From the NCBI RefSeq assembly GCF_038025025.1, contig NW_027117340.1, positions 2,170,001 to 2,234,000 on the forward strand: a DNA stretch of 64,000 nucleotides, in the 5' to 3' direction. The notes below the pieces were generated by a model. It was not told the DNA's origin, searched no databases, and was given only the letters and a program-made list of their open reading frames with translations. The stretch is from Phyllosticta citribraziliensis. Lineage: Eukaryota. Both the position numbers and the translations under genes were made by a program. Below, piece after piece: positions 24,465 to 36,797 of this stretch (its first letter is position 1; the number at the start of each line of letters is the position of its first letter).

Positions 24465-26413
24465 ATGGGCCGCGTTTCCTTGCTCCTGTTCAGCCTGTCA
24501 GCGATCGCAGGCAGAGCTTGCGCTCAGATGGATGGCGCGACTCCATCATCAGAAACATTCCTGCGCAGAGGATATCATTCTTGTATGTCAAAGTTCCCCG
24601 CAAGCACCATGATTCGGTGTCGTACTAAGTAGACGAAGCGACGGTAGGAGGAGGCTTCGTGTGGATCGACGGCGGCAACTTTGCGTACACCAAAGACAGT
24701 TCCGTCCAATTGGAGTTCTCAGACACCCTTCTTGCGCTCGACCTTTCCGAGGACTGGACAAACGATACGGTGCGCTTCATATCAAATTCCAAAACGTTAC
24801 CAGCGGGGTCCACTCCATCTACTGCCCCCTCCCTATTATACGGCAACGGCCTCTGGTATGATGATGATAGCGGTACTCTCTATACGGGTTTCTCTGGCTA
24901 TCGTTCAAGCTTCAACATAACGGAGAACGATGGCTGGCCCATGGAATTGACGGCGTTCAAGACCAATGAAGATGGAGGAGGAACATGGAGCACTGCTCTC
25001 AACACCTCAAGTAACGCCTTCGATGGCATGATTCGGCCTTTGCATCCTGCCGTCGCTGTTGGAAATGGCAAGGGATACGCCCTCGGCGGCACTACGCCCA
25101 TCAACGGAACGGAGCAAATGGCCGGAGGCATGCTCTCTTACGACTTTTCGACTGGACTCTTCAGGAACAACTCGATACAGATCCACGGAGGCTACACGAA
25201 CCTCGCCAATTTGATCTGGGTACCGCAGTTCGGAACTGAGGGCTGCTTTGTGCTGATTGGAGGTGCTGGGGGAGCGTCTGACGCGACCAGAGATTTCTAC
25301 TCGTGGGAAGAGATCTACGTCATGGACGCCGCAACCGAGGTTTTTTACAAGCAAAATGCCACGGGCGACTATCCAAACAGTGGTCGTCAGGAGTTCTGCA
25401 CCGCCGTGGTGGCTTCCAGCAACGAGACGGTCGAAATGTAGGTTTTTACTACGATCCCCTCCTCCATCGAGCTATTCAAAAAGGGCCCAGCTGCTCACAA
25501 TCCACCACAGCTTTGTCTACGGGGGCTGGGGCGGCGCCTTGGGCGATGATGCAGCGACGCCTTACGACGAGATCTTCATTCTGACGCTGCCGGCCTTTGA
25601 GTGGATCAAGCACGACTACACGCCCGAAGCGGCGCGTCTCGCCCACAGCTGCGAGGCCGTCGGCGGCAGCCAGATTCTGCTCATCGGCGGCCTCGCTGGC
25701 AGCACCGACGATGCCACGTACACCGGACAGTTTGGAGTCAGAGACACGAACGACCAAGGGCTCGGAATCTTCAACATGACGTCGTTGGTGTGGGAGGACA
25801 AGTACACGGCCAACCCGCCGGCATACAGACAAGCCGACGTGGTGGCCGAGGCCTACGCGAGCGGGTAAGAAATGACAAGCCAAGGGCATCACGAGCGAAT
25901 GAAGCATCGACGCTGACTGTTTACGTGTGAAGGAGCGCCAACGACAGCATTTCCTGGAACAACGACAACATCAAATCCATCTTCTCGCACAAGAACTTCA
26001 CCATCACGTCCAGCGGCGGCTCCAGCTCCTCCAGCAGCAGCCCCAGCGCAACCAGCACCGCCGCCTCCAAATCCTCCTCGCTCTCCGGCGGCGCCATCGC
26101 CGGCATCGTCGTCGGCTGCGTGGCCGGCGTCGCCATCGTGGGCGGTCTTCTCGCCTTCTGCTGTCTCCGCCGCCGCCGACGCCAGGCTTCTGCTGCAGCT
26201 GCCGCCAGAGATGCGGCGGCCGCCCAGCACCAGCACCAGAATGCTGGTATTCAAGAGGCGCCGTACGGCAGCGAGGTCATGGAGATGCAGGCCGAGAACG
26301 GCTGCCTCGAGCTCGACGGCTCCGCGAAACCGCCGTATGGGTATTCACCGCTGGCCGAGCTGCCAGGAGGCGAGTTTCCCCCCTCGGCGACGCAGCAGGA
26401 GGTGAAACGATAG
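24465..26413 (+). CDS. Type I membrane protein with kelch-like beta-propeller ectodomain, four predicted exons
   Basis: Signal peptide, WIDGG, YALGG, VLIGG, VYGG and LLIGG blades, S/T stalk, LSGGAIAGIVVG TM helix followed by RRRRR, ELDG/ELP tail. Confidence 0.85.
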
Positions 26414-26770
26414 CACAACAGCAAGGTACGCGAGGAGAGAGAATCTTTGTAAATGACGACGGGACAGACATTTATCATTTCTGAAGACTTGACTTGTCCG
26501 CTAATCTTTTTATCTGTCACGAAAGACGGCGTTTTATCTTGTTTTGGCGTGGAGTTTGTTGAGACATGAAGGGGCTTGGTGCATTGCCATCTTATGAATT
26601 GTGGCATGTAATTCTATTGACAGAGGCCGCCGGTTTGGCACACGCGAGTCGCAAGGGCCAATTGGCATTTTATTTTCATTGCGTCTCGCATTTTCCCTGC
26701 GGCACTGTATCTAGTTCGATTCTTCTTGTCCCCGTAGCGCTGGATTGCTGAGTAACCAACAGTACAGTGA

Positions 26771-26982
26771 CACAGTGGGTGTCAAAAGAAATGAGGCTCT
26801 CCCGGTCTGTCTGCCGCAATGAACGACCACTTCCTAAGCGCATGTACAGGTGTATGAATGCTCCTCAAACACAGGCGGAGCAGCGGACGAATGCTCCTTA
26901 AGCGTAGGCGAAGCAGCAAATGAACGCTCCCTAGACACACTTGTATTGCCAGGAGTTGTAATTTCTTTCGACACCCACTGTG
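26771..26982. mobile_element. MITE-like element, copy 1 (best preserved, 212 bp)
   Basis: 22-bp TIRs CACAGTGGGTGTCAAAAGAAAT / ATTTCTTTCGACACCCACTGTG with one mismatch. Internal 33-bp repeats starting GAAYGCTCC at 26856, 26889 and 26922. Flanked by GTGA on both sides. Confidence 0.85.
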
Positions 26983-27233
26983 GTGAGAACCGCGGTAATC
27001 ACCAACGCAAAATATCAAGGATTTCATTTCAATTACAATGGCTATTCCAGCAACTGACTACCTGAGCAGAGACGGTACTAAATGAAGGGAGAAGGGGGAG
27101 AAAGGTCCAGAGGCAGCTCGCTAGGAACGGAGGACTCCTGTGGACGCACAACCAGCCTGATTTCTTTACTCTGTCCTGGAGACTCGTCACATCGTCACCT
27201 CGTACGTCATTCTTCACTTCTGAGAGCGGAGAG

Positions 27234-29139
27234 CTATATCTTGACCTCGGCGGGAATGGTGATGCTCAAGACATCGACGCCCTTTTCAATGTCCGCCTTG
27301 CTCGGCATCTTTCCCCTGCGCATCAGCTCGGCGCACTGCGCCATGACGGGATCGCGGCCCATACTGGCCATGGCCACGACCGTCTGACCCTTGGTGTAGT
27401 AGGCGACGAACGATGCCTTGTCGGGCTCGCCCACGACCACGACGTCGTCGTACCCGTTGACCGTGTTGCCTGCGTACCGCAGCTGCATGCCCAGCGCCGA
27501 CCAGAAGATGGGGATGAAGGCCTTGGGCTTGGAGGCGCCCTTGGTACGGATGCTACCTGCTACGCTGCGTCCCGCGTTTTGCGCCACGTTCCAGTGCTCG
27601 ATGCGCACCGGTTTTCCCTCGCCACCTGGTCCGTGGTAGGGGTACGTCGCGATGTCGCCAATGGCGTAGACACCGGACAGCGAGGGCACGGCAAACGACT
27701 CGTCGGTCTGGATGGAACCGTCCTTGAGCAGCGAGAGGGCCTTGTTGTCGCGGAGAAAGCCCGTGGCGGGGGCGACACCGACACCCTCTATTACCAGGTC
27801 GGCTGGGAGTTCGGTGCCGTCTTTTAGGTGCACAGCGCCGACCTTGGACGAGTCGGAGCTGCTAGGCGCGGCTTTGTCCACCGACGCTTCCATTTGGAAC
27901 TTGACACCATTCTTCTCAAGCAACCCACGGAAGATTTTGCCGACCTGGACACCCATGACGCGCTCCATGGGCTCCTTTTCCATGCCGACGACCGTCACGT
28001 CGTTCTTCTTTTGCGCCAGACAGTTGGCGACTTCCATACCGATGAACGAGCTTCCAATGACGACGATCTTCTTGCCATTTTCGCCGACAGCGTCGAGAAT
28101 CTGCTGCGCGTGCGACACTTCGCGGAGAACAAAAACATTCCTGAGATCGCCCTTGAGTCCCTCCAAAGGAAGCCATCGCGGCGAGCCTCCAGTTGCGAGC
28201 ACGAGCTTGGTGTAGTCGTACGCCTTGCCCAACTTTGTCGAAACCTTTTTTGCGTCAAAGTCGACGGCCGTAGCTTCGTCTTGGACAATGTCGATGGACG
28301 CATCCTTGTAGAAGCTCTCCTGCCTCCACGCAATCTTGGACACGTCTGCGAGCAGCGCCTTGGACAGCTTTGTCCGGTCGAGCGGCCTGTAGCCTTCACT
28401 GGAAATGACGGTGATGTGTCCGTCATATCCGCCAGCTCTCAGACCCTCAATGGCACCGACGGTACCCGCACCACTGCCATTCGATGTCCGTCAGCGGGAA
28501 AGAGCCGTGTCTGAGGCATGGAGAGACTTACCCGCCAATTACGAGCACCTTCTCGCTGCTCGTAGATTTACAGCTCAGACCCAACACCCTCCGATTGGCC
28601 TTGATTGTCTGCTCGTCTCCCTTGATGTAGACACCATCGCTCTTTTGGATAATTTCAAACTTGGCCAGAGGGTCTAGAGCTGGAGCGTCTTCGACATCAC
28701 CGGTTGCGACGCTGAAGCAGGCTGCATTGCCGTCAGTCCTCCGTCATCTCTCAAGTGGTGTAAGACTAGCGAGTCCCGTACCTCCGTGCCATGGGCAAGT
28801 CAACCTTCCCTCGCCCGTGACGACGCCCTTGACCAGCGGTGCACCGTAGTGGGTGCAATTGGGGCTCGTGGCGTGCAGCTCGTCCTTGAGCTTGACGAGC
28901 AGGACCTTTCCATTCTCAATGCCCTCGACTTCAGCCTCTTGCTTCTCGCCGTTCTTGAGCTCGACCGAAGTGAGGCCCTTGAGCTTGTATTCCTGGAGAG
29001 CAGCCATTCTGAAAGCGGACGAGGAGAAAGTAGCGTGGGTAGACGGATTGCAAGCAGGTATGTGGACAGCAATAGGTCTCAGAAGCGGGTGCGATAGTGA
29101 AGTGATGGCCAAGGACAGGCGTAGGGCTGCGGCGGACAT
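27234..29139 (-). CDS. Apoptosis-inducing-factor-like flavoprotein (Rieske 2Fe-2S domain plus FAD/NAD oxidoreductase)
   Basis: Rieske motifs CTHYGAPL and CPWHGACF (spliced); VIGGGAG, ATGG, IGSSFIGME, GDIA and RIEHW. Two introns. Alternative ATG at 29007. Confidence 0.92.
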
Positions 29140-29775
29140 GAACACGTCAACAGCGTCGGCGGGGAGCCAAGTGGTTGGGCGAGATCAGGTCAGAGTGGGC
29201 GGGCTGAGCGTATGAGACAACATGACGGACCGGGAAGAGCGGGGAGAGCGAATGTGGGCAGTAGGTCGATGATGAGTGCTCCCAGGGCGGCATGGCGTGT
29301 CGGCCAATCAGGGCCTTTGTGATGACCTGATTCCGGCTGCGCGACACGACGTCAGTCTTGCGCTACGGAGCTCCATCCCTGCTATCGATAAAGCTGTCGA
29401 CATCCGACGACTTTGTTTTATTCCCCGACGACATCGGATCTGATCCCAAACACCACGACGCGAGCGGCCAAGAAATCACAATGTCTCTGCCGGAACATGC
29501 TCCGGAGGCTTCACCTCCTTCAAAGGCTTCTCCAGCCCATCCATCCTCTGCTTAGCGTCGTGTCTCTACCCTTCTTTCATCATCTCATGACAAGACACAT
29601 GCCAACGACGTTTACGGCCAAAAAGCTCCAATGTCTCTGTCAACAGCCTCTGGCGCATCGTAGCCATTCCAGGCCGATTTAAAGCCCACAGAGCCATGAC
29701 CGATGATGAGGAGGAGCACCGAATTCCGCTAAGCAGAGCCGCCTCCACTGCTTGACGCCACCCGCGACCCTCACA

Positions 29776-30579
29776 ATGGACCAACCATCGTCGCCGAACC
29801 CAAAAGACTGTATGTCTTTTCCCTCCTCTCCCTACCACCCGCCCCCATCGTCAGCTCAAGCCCGCTCTCGCACCAAAGGAGCGACCAATGCAGCGCCTCG
29901 CCCTGACCAAAGCGAAGCCGCAACTGAAGCCGCAGCTCCGGCCTCCGTAGGCGCAACCAACGACGACACGCTTCCCCCGACGCACGAAGACGTCCTGCCC
30001 AACAACCTGCCCGAGCCAAAGGACGACCACGCCTGCGACCACCTGTGGGGCCTGCAGCTGCCCGGCGGCATCCTGCTGCGCTCGACCAGCGGCACCGCCG
30101 TCGACGTCTCGACGCTGCCCGGCCTCTCCGTCATCTTCTGCTACCCGCGCACCGGCAGGCCCAAGGACCCCATCCCCGCCGACTGGGACGCCATCCCCGG
30201 CGCCCGCGGCTGCACCCCGCAGGCCTGCTCCTTCAACCGCACTCGCTCCTCGCTCAGCGACCTAGGCATCGCCCACATCTTCGGCCTCTCCACCCAGGAC
30301 TCCGAGTACCAGCGCTCGTGCAAGGACCGCTTGCAGCTGCGCTTCGACCTGCTCAGCGACGCTGGCTACGAGTTTTGCGAGAAGCTGCGCCTGCCCATGT
30401 TTGAGTGGCGCGATATGCGCCTCGTTCGACGTATTACGCTGCTCGTGCAGCAGGGGAGAGTCGTTTGGGTTGACTATCCTGTTTTCCCCGCTGACCAGAG
30501 CGCTGAGAAGGTTGTTGAGTTTTTGAAGAATCAACCCATCATCTCGGGAAAGGGTGCCGGATGCGGTAATGAGGAGTGA
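29776..30579 (+). CDS. Peroxiredoxin (AhpC/TSA, BCP/PrxQ-like); start uncertain
   Basis: YPRTGRP..WDAIPGARGCTPQACSF (CxxxxC), GLSTQ, LLSD, RRITL and YPVFP. Confidence 0.85.
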   Translation: MDQPSSPNPKDCMSFPSSPYHPPPSSAQARSRTKGATNAAPRPDQSEAATEAAAPASVGATNDDTLPPTHEDVLPNNLPEPKDDHACDHLWGLQLPGGILLRSTSGTAVDVSTLPGLSVIFCYPRTGRPKDPIPADWDAIPGARGCTPQACSFNRTRSSLSDLGIAHIFGLSTQDSEYQRSCKDRLQLRFDLLSDAGYEFCEKLRLPMFEWRDMRLVRRITLLVQQGRVVWVDYPVFPADQSAEKVVEFLKNQPIISGKGAGCGNEE

Positions 30580-30962
30580 ACGGTGAGGGAATGCCATTGG
30601 TCGTCACCGTCGTCTGTTTTGTCGTTTCTGTGTCCCGTAGGGCCGCCAAGTACCACTTGGTCAGTGGTGGTCCTTGGTTTGGGAGAGACATAGAATCGGT
30701 CTCAAAACACTTACTCTCCTTAAGCGTTTCCCTGCAAAGGTGATCAGCTCAATGCGTGGACAAGCTCAGGATAGCCATGAAAAACAGGCAAGAAATGCTA
30801 TAGTTGAACATCTATGCTACACCAGCCATGCGCCCCAAATCCTCGAACCACCTTCAAGGAAAAGAATTTCCGAATCAATCGATCCCTCTCGCTCCAGATA
30901 CCAACTTCATTCGCATGCTTCGCTTTTTTGTCCCCCAATGGTCGCGTCAACAGTCGATAAGC

Positions 30963-33900
30963 CTACTCCATGCCCTCGATCCATGCCCGACCCACCTCCT
31001 CCGCAACACCCTTCCTCAAAAAGGCACACAGCTCACTCCCCGTGACGCCCTTGCGCACACCCTTGCGCCAGTCCCACCCCCTCTTTCCAGGAGCATCTGC
31101 TCCGGCGACCAGCACGCCGCTGCCCTCGGTGCTGGGAAGCAACGAGCCGCTGCCGCCGAGGAGGCTATAGGAGCTACCGGTAAGGTTGCTGATACTCTTC
31201 TTGAGGGCACGGGGCGGACTGGCGTTGAGCTGGGGGGCGCCGCCCTGAATCTGGCTATGGCCCTGGGATATGGCAGCTTGGAGATGCTCTTCGCACTGCG
31301 AGTAGACCAGAGACGGCGACGTTTGAAGGTCTTCTACGGCGCCGAGAAGGGTCGTCAAGTCGTCGAGGGAGAGGAGCCTCGAAGGGCGGTGGTTGATGAA
31401 GGGGAGCGCTTCGCCGAACAGGGTGAGAAGTCCATCGACTTGGACCGCAGAGTCGACGTCAGGGTCGTACAGACCGCCGCGGATTGAGTCGGCGGCGCTC
31501 GAAATGACGGCGATGAGAGCTTCGGCTGCGAGGCGCTTCCTTTGAAGAAGCCGGAGAGAGGACTCTTCTTCGTCGCGCAAATCGTAAAAGCGGCGGAGAG
31601 TGGCGTAGCCGCTGAGATATTTCGAAAGCAGTCGAGCAGCTTCGAGGTCGGAGCGGGACAGTGCCGAGAGGGTTTGCTTTGGGGTCGTGATGAGCGCTCT
31701 CAGACGGTCGTCCAAGTCGGCCTGTCGGGGATAGGCGCTTGAGTGGATCAGGCAAAGAGATATGAGCAAGTCGAGGACGTCGCGAATCTTTTTGGAGTTG
31801 TGGGCACGGGCGTAATAGAAAAGAGCGGCGCCATAGTTGTAAGAGTTTTCGGCAAGAGACGTGGCATATCTCTGCTAAGTATTAGCATTGTATAAGGCAG
31901 TGTGAACGGAGTACTGACCTCTGCAATCATGTTGGCGTGGTCAATGAGCCCCAGGTTCGTGCAAACGCTGAGGATCTTGTCCACTCTGTCAGACGAACTC
32001 AATGGCAGCCGATCAAGAAGTTCGCTGATCTTGTCCTTTGCGGCCTCGGCATGATCCAAGCGACCCAAAACCTGAATGGCCAACTCCCAGCCCTCCCAGC
32101 TTGCCATGCCCGTCTTGCTGAAAAGCAAGTCTGCATATTGCTGGAGAATCTCGTCCTTTTGCGGCCCTTGACTGTCGCCCACGCCAAAACTGAGAACCAT
32201 CAAATCACTCTGGTTAAAGTTCTTCATGAGATTTCTTGAAGCGGGAGTGTCTCCGAGCCATCCACCAGCACTCGCAATCTCGACGATTGCCGCAGTCAAC
32301 GTGAGCGACCAGCCTCGGGTAAGACCCAACAGGCCCTCCATGTTCTCTTCCATGACACATGCCAATGCGATCTCGATGGGGTTGTTGCTGTCAATTGATA
32401 GACCAGGGTCGTCTTCGGCCATGACTCGTGCCAACGACAGCTCCAACCTCCGTTGGTATGCCTTGGCAGGAGCAACATCGACGCTTCTCATTTGTTGAGG
32501 GTGCCTCGATGATCGCCGGCTGGCGGCCAGACTTCCTTGGGGCACTTCGTCCTCCTCCTCGCCGTCCCACCAGGCAGTGAGAAAGACAACGGCTTCGAGC
32601 CAGTCGAACGAAGCCCCAATGATCTCCTCGGGGTTACCCAGGAGGAGATTGTACAGGAGCTGGAGGTTCTCGTAGATGGTGTAAGGAATACGACTCTCGG
32701 CCCGGCGGCTTGCCGTGCTGAAGCTGAATCTTCCATCATCTCTTGGGTTGTATGTGGCACCCTCACCCTCGGCATATTGTCTCAGGTCGTTCAGCGCGTA
32801 GTCGACAGTCATTCGGTACATTGACCATTGTCTGCCCTTGATATCCCAGTCATCACTGTGGTGGGCGGGGCAAGCTTCCAAAAGCTCAATGGCTTGGAGC
32901 ACCGCATCTTCGACAATGATCAACTCAGAACCGCGGTATCCTGGACTGTTGAATCCGTCCTCTACTGCAGTTTCGGCGACGCTGAAATTCCCCTTTTGCA
33001 GAAAAGTGATGGCATCGCTAAAGTTGCCGCGCATCACTGACGAAAAAATGTTATCCCAGTAGCCAGACTGAGCAGAGTAGTCGCCCCCAAGCTGGAGCAA
33101 GTTCTCGAAGTCGGCCGCACTGGGGTCATGGCGGGTCTGGAGCCAATCCAATAGAACTTTGGGAATGGTTTTTTGTCCACGGAATTTGGGTTTGGACAAT
33201 TGGGAGGCGCTGAAAGCCGAGATTTGACCACGGCGGGACAAGGCCAAATTGCTTTTGCCAGAGTCGGATGGGGGAGGGTGGTGGATGGGCAGCAAAAGAC
33301 TCGTCACAAAGTCTGCCTTGACAAGAGGCGACTCGCTGTCGGTGGGACCAATGACGTCAGGGAGGGGAGTGTGAGGGTGGTTCCAAATGTTGCAGAGGTC
33401 TCTGCAAGCGATGGAGAGGGCCTCCTCGGAAGCGTCCGACTCGCCGAGCCTGTTCAGGATGCGCTCTGTCTCCAGGATCAAGTCGTCGGGTTCTTGCAAG
33501 GTCGAGATGGCCCGGGCGCTTGTGGCTAAACCTTTTGCAATGCGGCCAATGTCGTAAGTTTTGGGCGGAGCTCCAAGCTGGGTGAAGGCGGGAGGGCGAG
33601 GTTCATGCATTGTGGATGCCCGTGACCGAGTTGTGGGCGACGCTCGCAGAGATCCGTTGGTGTTGAATTTTGTTGGTGAAGCGGGCCGGCTCGATTTGCG
33701 AGATGGAGCCTTGCCGGCAAATGGATCTTCGTCCATGACAGCGTCTTCGTCTTCCTCCATAACAGCATCCTCATATTCCTCCCTGCGAACCATTCCGTGA
33801 TTATTGTAGTGGCTCCGAGGCGGACCATCTTCGTCCATTTGACCATAATCAAAGCCAAATCCTCTGTTGACCGGTGGGTCCATGTCGTCGGCTCTGCGCA

Positions 33901-34627
33901 CCGGCTCGTCGTCAAAGGGGCCGTAGTTGTAGTGGCCGTCGTCGGTCTGATCGTCGTCGAATGGGTGTCTTGGTGGACTGCTGCTAGGTGCAGAGTAGAA
34001 GCTACGTGCCGACTGCGAACGCGTAGGAATTTGGCTTCGACCTCTGCCGCGACCTGTGGGATGTGAAGACAGAGTACGGCCCTTTTGAGATGGGCTGGGG
34101 CTGGGTCTGCCAAAAGGAAATTGTGGGGAGGGCGTGTTGCGCGCCGGGGTGCGGCGGTTGTAGGAGGTGCCGAAGATGGAGGACCTCGAGGTCGGCGGCG
34201 GACCGGTCGGAGTGGTGGAGCGCGAGGTTCTGTTGGTGCCGGGAGGCCTGCCAGCCGGCGTGGTGGAGGCCATGCTGGATCGACGCGTCGCGTAGGGCGT
34301 GTTTGGCAGAATTTCCCGGCGCAGATTGTTTTCGCGATTGTTGTCGCGGTGGCCGTACATGCGCGACAGAGCCGAAGGCGCCTCGTACTTGACGCGGACA
34401 GGCGAAGGACGACGGCGATGGCGATGGTTTAGACAGTTGCAGCGGCGCTTGGGGTCATTGTCGGGGGCGTCGCAGTCGTCCTCGTGGCAAATGGAGCCGA
34501 TCGAGTCTTGGGAGTTGCCCGCTTTGTGATGGTGGTGATGGTGGTGGTGGTCGTCGTGTTGTTGGTCATGGTGCAGGTCTGGCGGGTCCTCGTTGAGGCT
34601 GTGGACGTGGAAGTGAGTCGGCTCCAT
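30963..34627 (-). CDS. NUP85: Nucleoporin Nup85-like protein with long disordered N-terminus; intron about 31872-31918
   Basis: Long ORF with TTPAGxPP motifs and a helical region containing PKVLLDWL, WLEAVVFLTAWWDG, GWELAIQVLGR and SGYATLRRFYDLRD, recalled from fungal Nup85. Start codon uncertain. Confidence 0.78.
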
Positions 34628-35391
34628 TGGGCAGACGTGGCGTGTCTCCAGCCGACTGTCTTTGGATGCTGCCCTGTCGCTGTCGGCGTTGCGAAACAGT
34701 CGGAGTCGACATGATTGAGGCTCCAGAACCGCCGCCGATCTCCATCTCACGTGCGCGCGTTGCCATTTCCAGACCGGACGTGTCCAGCTGCAGTTGCTTG
34801 ACTCGTTGCAGTGCTCTCCTCCCACGGCCTCTTACACCCACGACCTCACTGCTGCAGGAACCGCGTCCATCACGCTCCTCCACTCTTGCGCTGTTCTAAG
34901 CTCTTGGCTGCCAGCAAACACTCTCTTCCTTGCTTCGCCCGCTTAACCGAAAACACGCCTGTCTCCCTTAGCCGGTACCTGTCTCAAGAATGTCACCTTC
35001 GTCACTCCCGACGCGCTTCCATCTCGACCAAACCCTCTGCCATCTCAATGGTGTGCTGCTAGCCATCAGAAGATGATCCCGGCCATTGAGATCGCAGCAA
35101 ACAGCATCGAGCCCGATTCTCGCTATCCACCGGTTTTGACAAGCACGTTGTCGCGCACACCAACCACCGGAGCCGGAACCGTTCCGATAGGCTTAGGCAG
35201 TCTGCTATTCGAGCGCATTGCTGTCGGATCAATGCCATCCGGATCATGCTATGCCGAGGACTACACGTCTTCTCCGCTTTGCCTTTCATTCCCCGTCTAA
35301 TCAGATCAAATCGCCCAGCAAAGTCGCCATCTGATAAGAAGGCCAGCTCATCTACCTGCGCGCAACTACATTCAACCACTACCCTTTCAGA

Positions 35392-36484
35392 ATGCCACTC
35401 GTCTCTGGAACCTGGAATCGACTGCTCCAAGTCGATGCTCTCCGTCGCTCATCGCAAGCCCTAGTTGCTTTGAGCGACAAGGTCGCCGTCTTTGGAGGAG
35501 AAATTCGACCCAGGCAGCCTGTCGACAACCACGTCCACATCATCCCAATTGGAAATGCTGGTATGCACGCATACTCTTGGACCTAATGACTCGGCCTCCT
35601 TCTAATGCGCTCTAGGCGAAGCTCCCATTCGGAGCGTCAAGTCCGAGGGCACGTCGCCATCGCCCCGCGTGGGCACCGCAGCAATCTCCTTGAAAGATGA
35701 ATTGTTTCTATTCTCCGGTCGCGGTGGTGAAGCAATGGCCCCAATTGAAGAGCATGGCGCATTGTGGTCTTTTGACACTGCGTCGTTCAAGTGGTCCCTC
35801 ATCACGCCGGCCGACTCCGAGGCGCCGTTTCCTCCAGCGCGCAGCTACCACGCTCTTGGTTCCGATGGAAATGGTACCATCTTCCTCCACGCAGGCTGCC
35901 CAGAGGCAGGGCGGCTATCTGACTTGTGGTCTTTCACACTGTCCACAAGGTCGTGGAAAAAGCTGGCCGATGCTCCTGACCCACCGCGTGGAGGAACTTC
36001 CATCGCCTTTCTTGATGGAAAGCTGTACAGAATGAATGGCTTTGATGGAAAGACTGAACAAGGAGGCACGCTGGACGTATACTATCCCAAGACAAATTCG
36101 TGGTCTTCGATCGAATTCCCTCCTGATGGCCATCATGGTCCTGAGCCGCGCAGCGTTGCTGCACTACTGGCGGTCTACGTTGCACAAGGGCCATCGTTGC
36201 TTACCCTTTTCGGAGAAAGAGACCCCAGTCCCTTGGGTCACATGGGCGCTGGGAAGATGCTCGACGACGCGTGGCTGTTTGATCTGGGTTCGGAGAAATG
36301 GTCAAAGATTCAGATTTCGGGAGCGGAAAAGAATGTCTCGGAGTCGTGCAACCCTCAGGCGCGAGGTTGGTTTTCTGCGACAGTGCAGAATGCAGAGCCG
36401 CCCACGACGGTTTTCGTCCACGGCGGTCTAGGCGAGGACAATGAACGGCTTGGCGACCTCTGGCGGCTGGATTTTGGTCCCTGA
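35392..36484 (+). CDS. Kelch-repeat protein (nitrile-specifier-protein-like)
   Basis: RSSQ..VFGGE, PSPRVG..LFSGRGG, PPARSYH, PPRGG, PEPRSV and ARGW blades. One intron near 35561-35615. Confidence 0.88.
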
Positions 36485-36797
36485 ATCAGCACAGTTGGAT
36501 TAAGGTTTTGCTCGGGGTAGCGCTGTCCAGTTTATGCTTTCCAATAGGCAGGTGTGTCGTTTTGATTGGATGGTTTCGCTAGCTACCATTCAGTCCGCCG
36601 CTACTGCCAAGGAGCAAGGCAAGGCTGTCCCCGGACCTTCACCACGGTTGCTTGCGGAAATCACCAAGGTGACACTGTTCAAAAGTTGCCAACGGCCCCG
36701 ACGTGTTCGTGCACTGCTACCTACACTTTAAAGGCAAACATTCTCACCTCCTGTCAATCGACTTGCCAATGTGACGATACCATCGCTATCCATCACT

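Noticed and set aside
26850..26955. CRISPR-like regularly spaced repeats
   Set aside because: Eukaryotic context, the intervening segments are similar to each other, the array sits within TIRs, and there are no cas genes.
29776..30579. Horizontal transfer of the intronless, bacterial-looking peroxiredoxin
   Set aside because: High GC3 also occurs in native genes here, and a phylogeny would be needed to support the claim.
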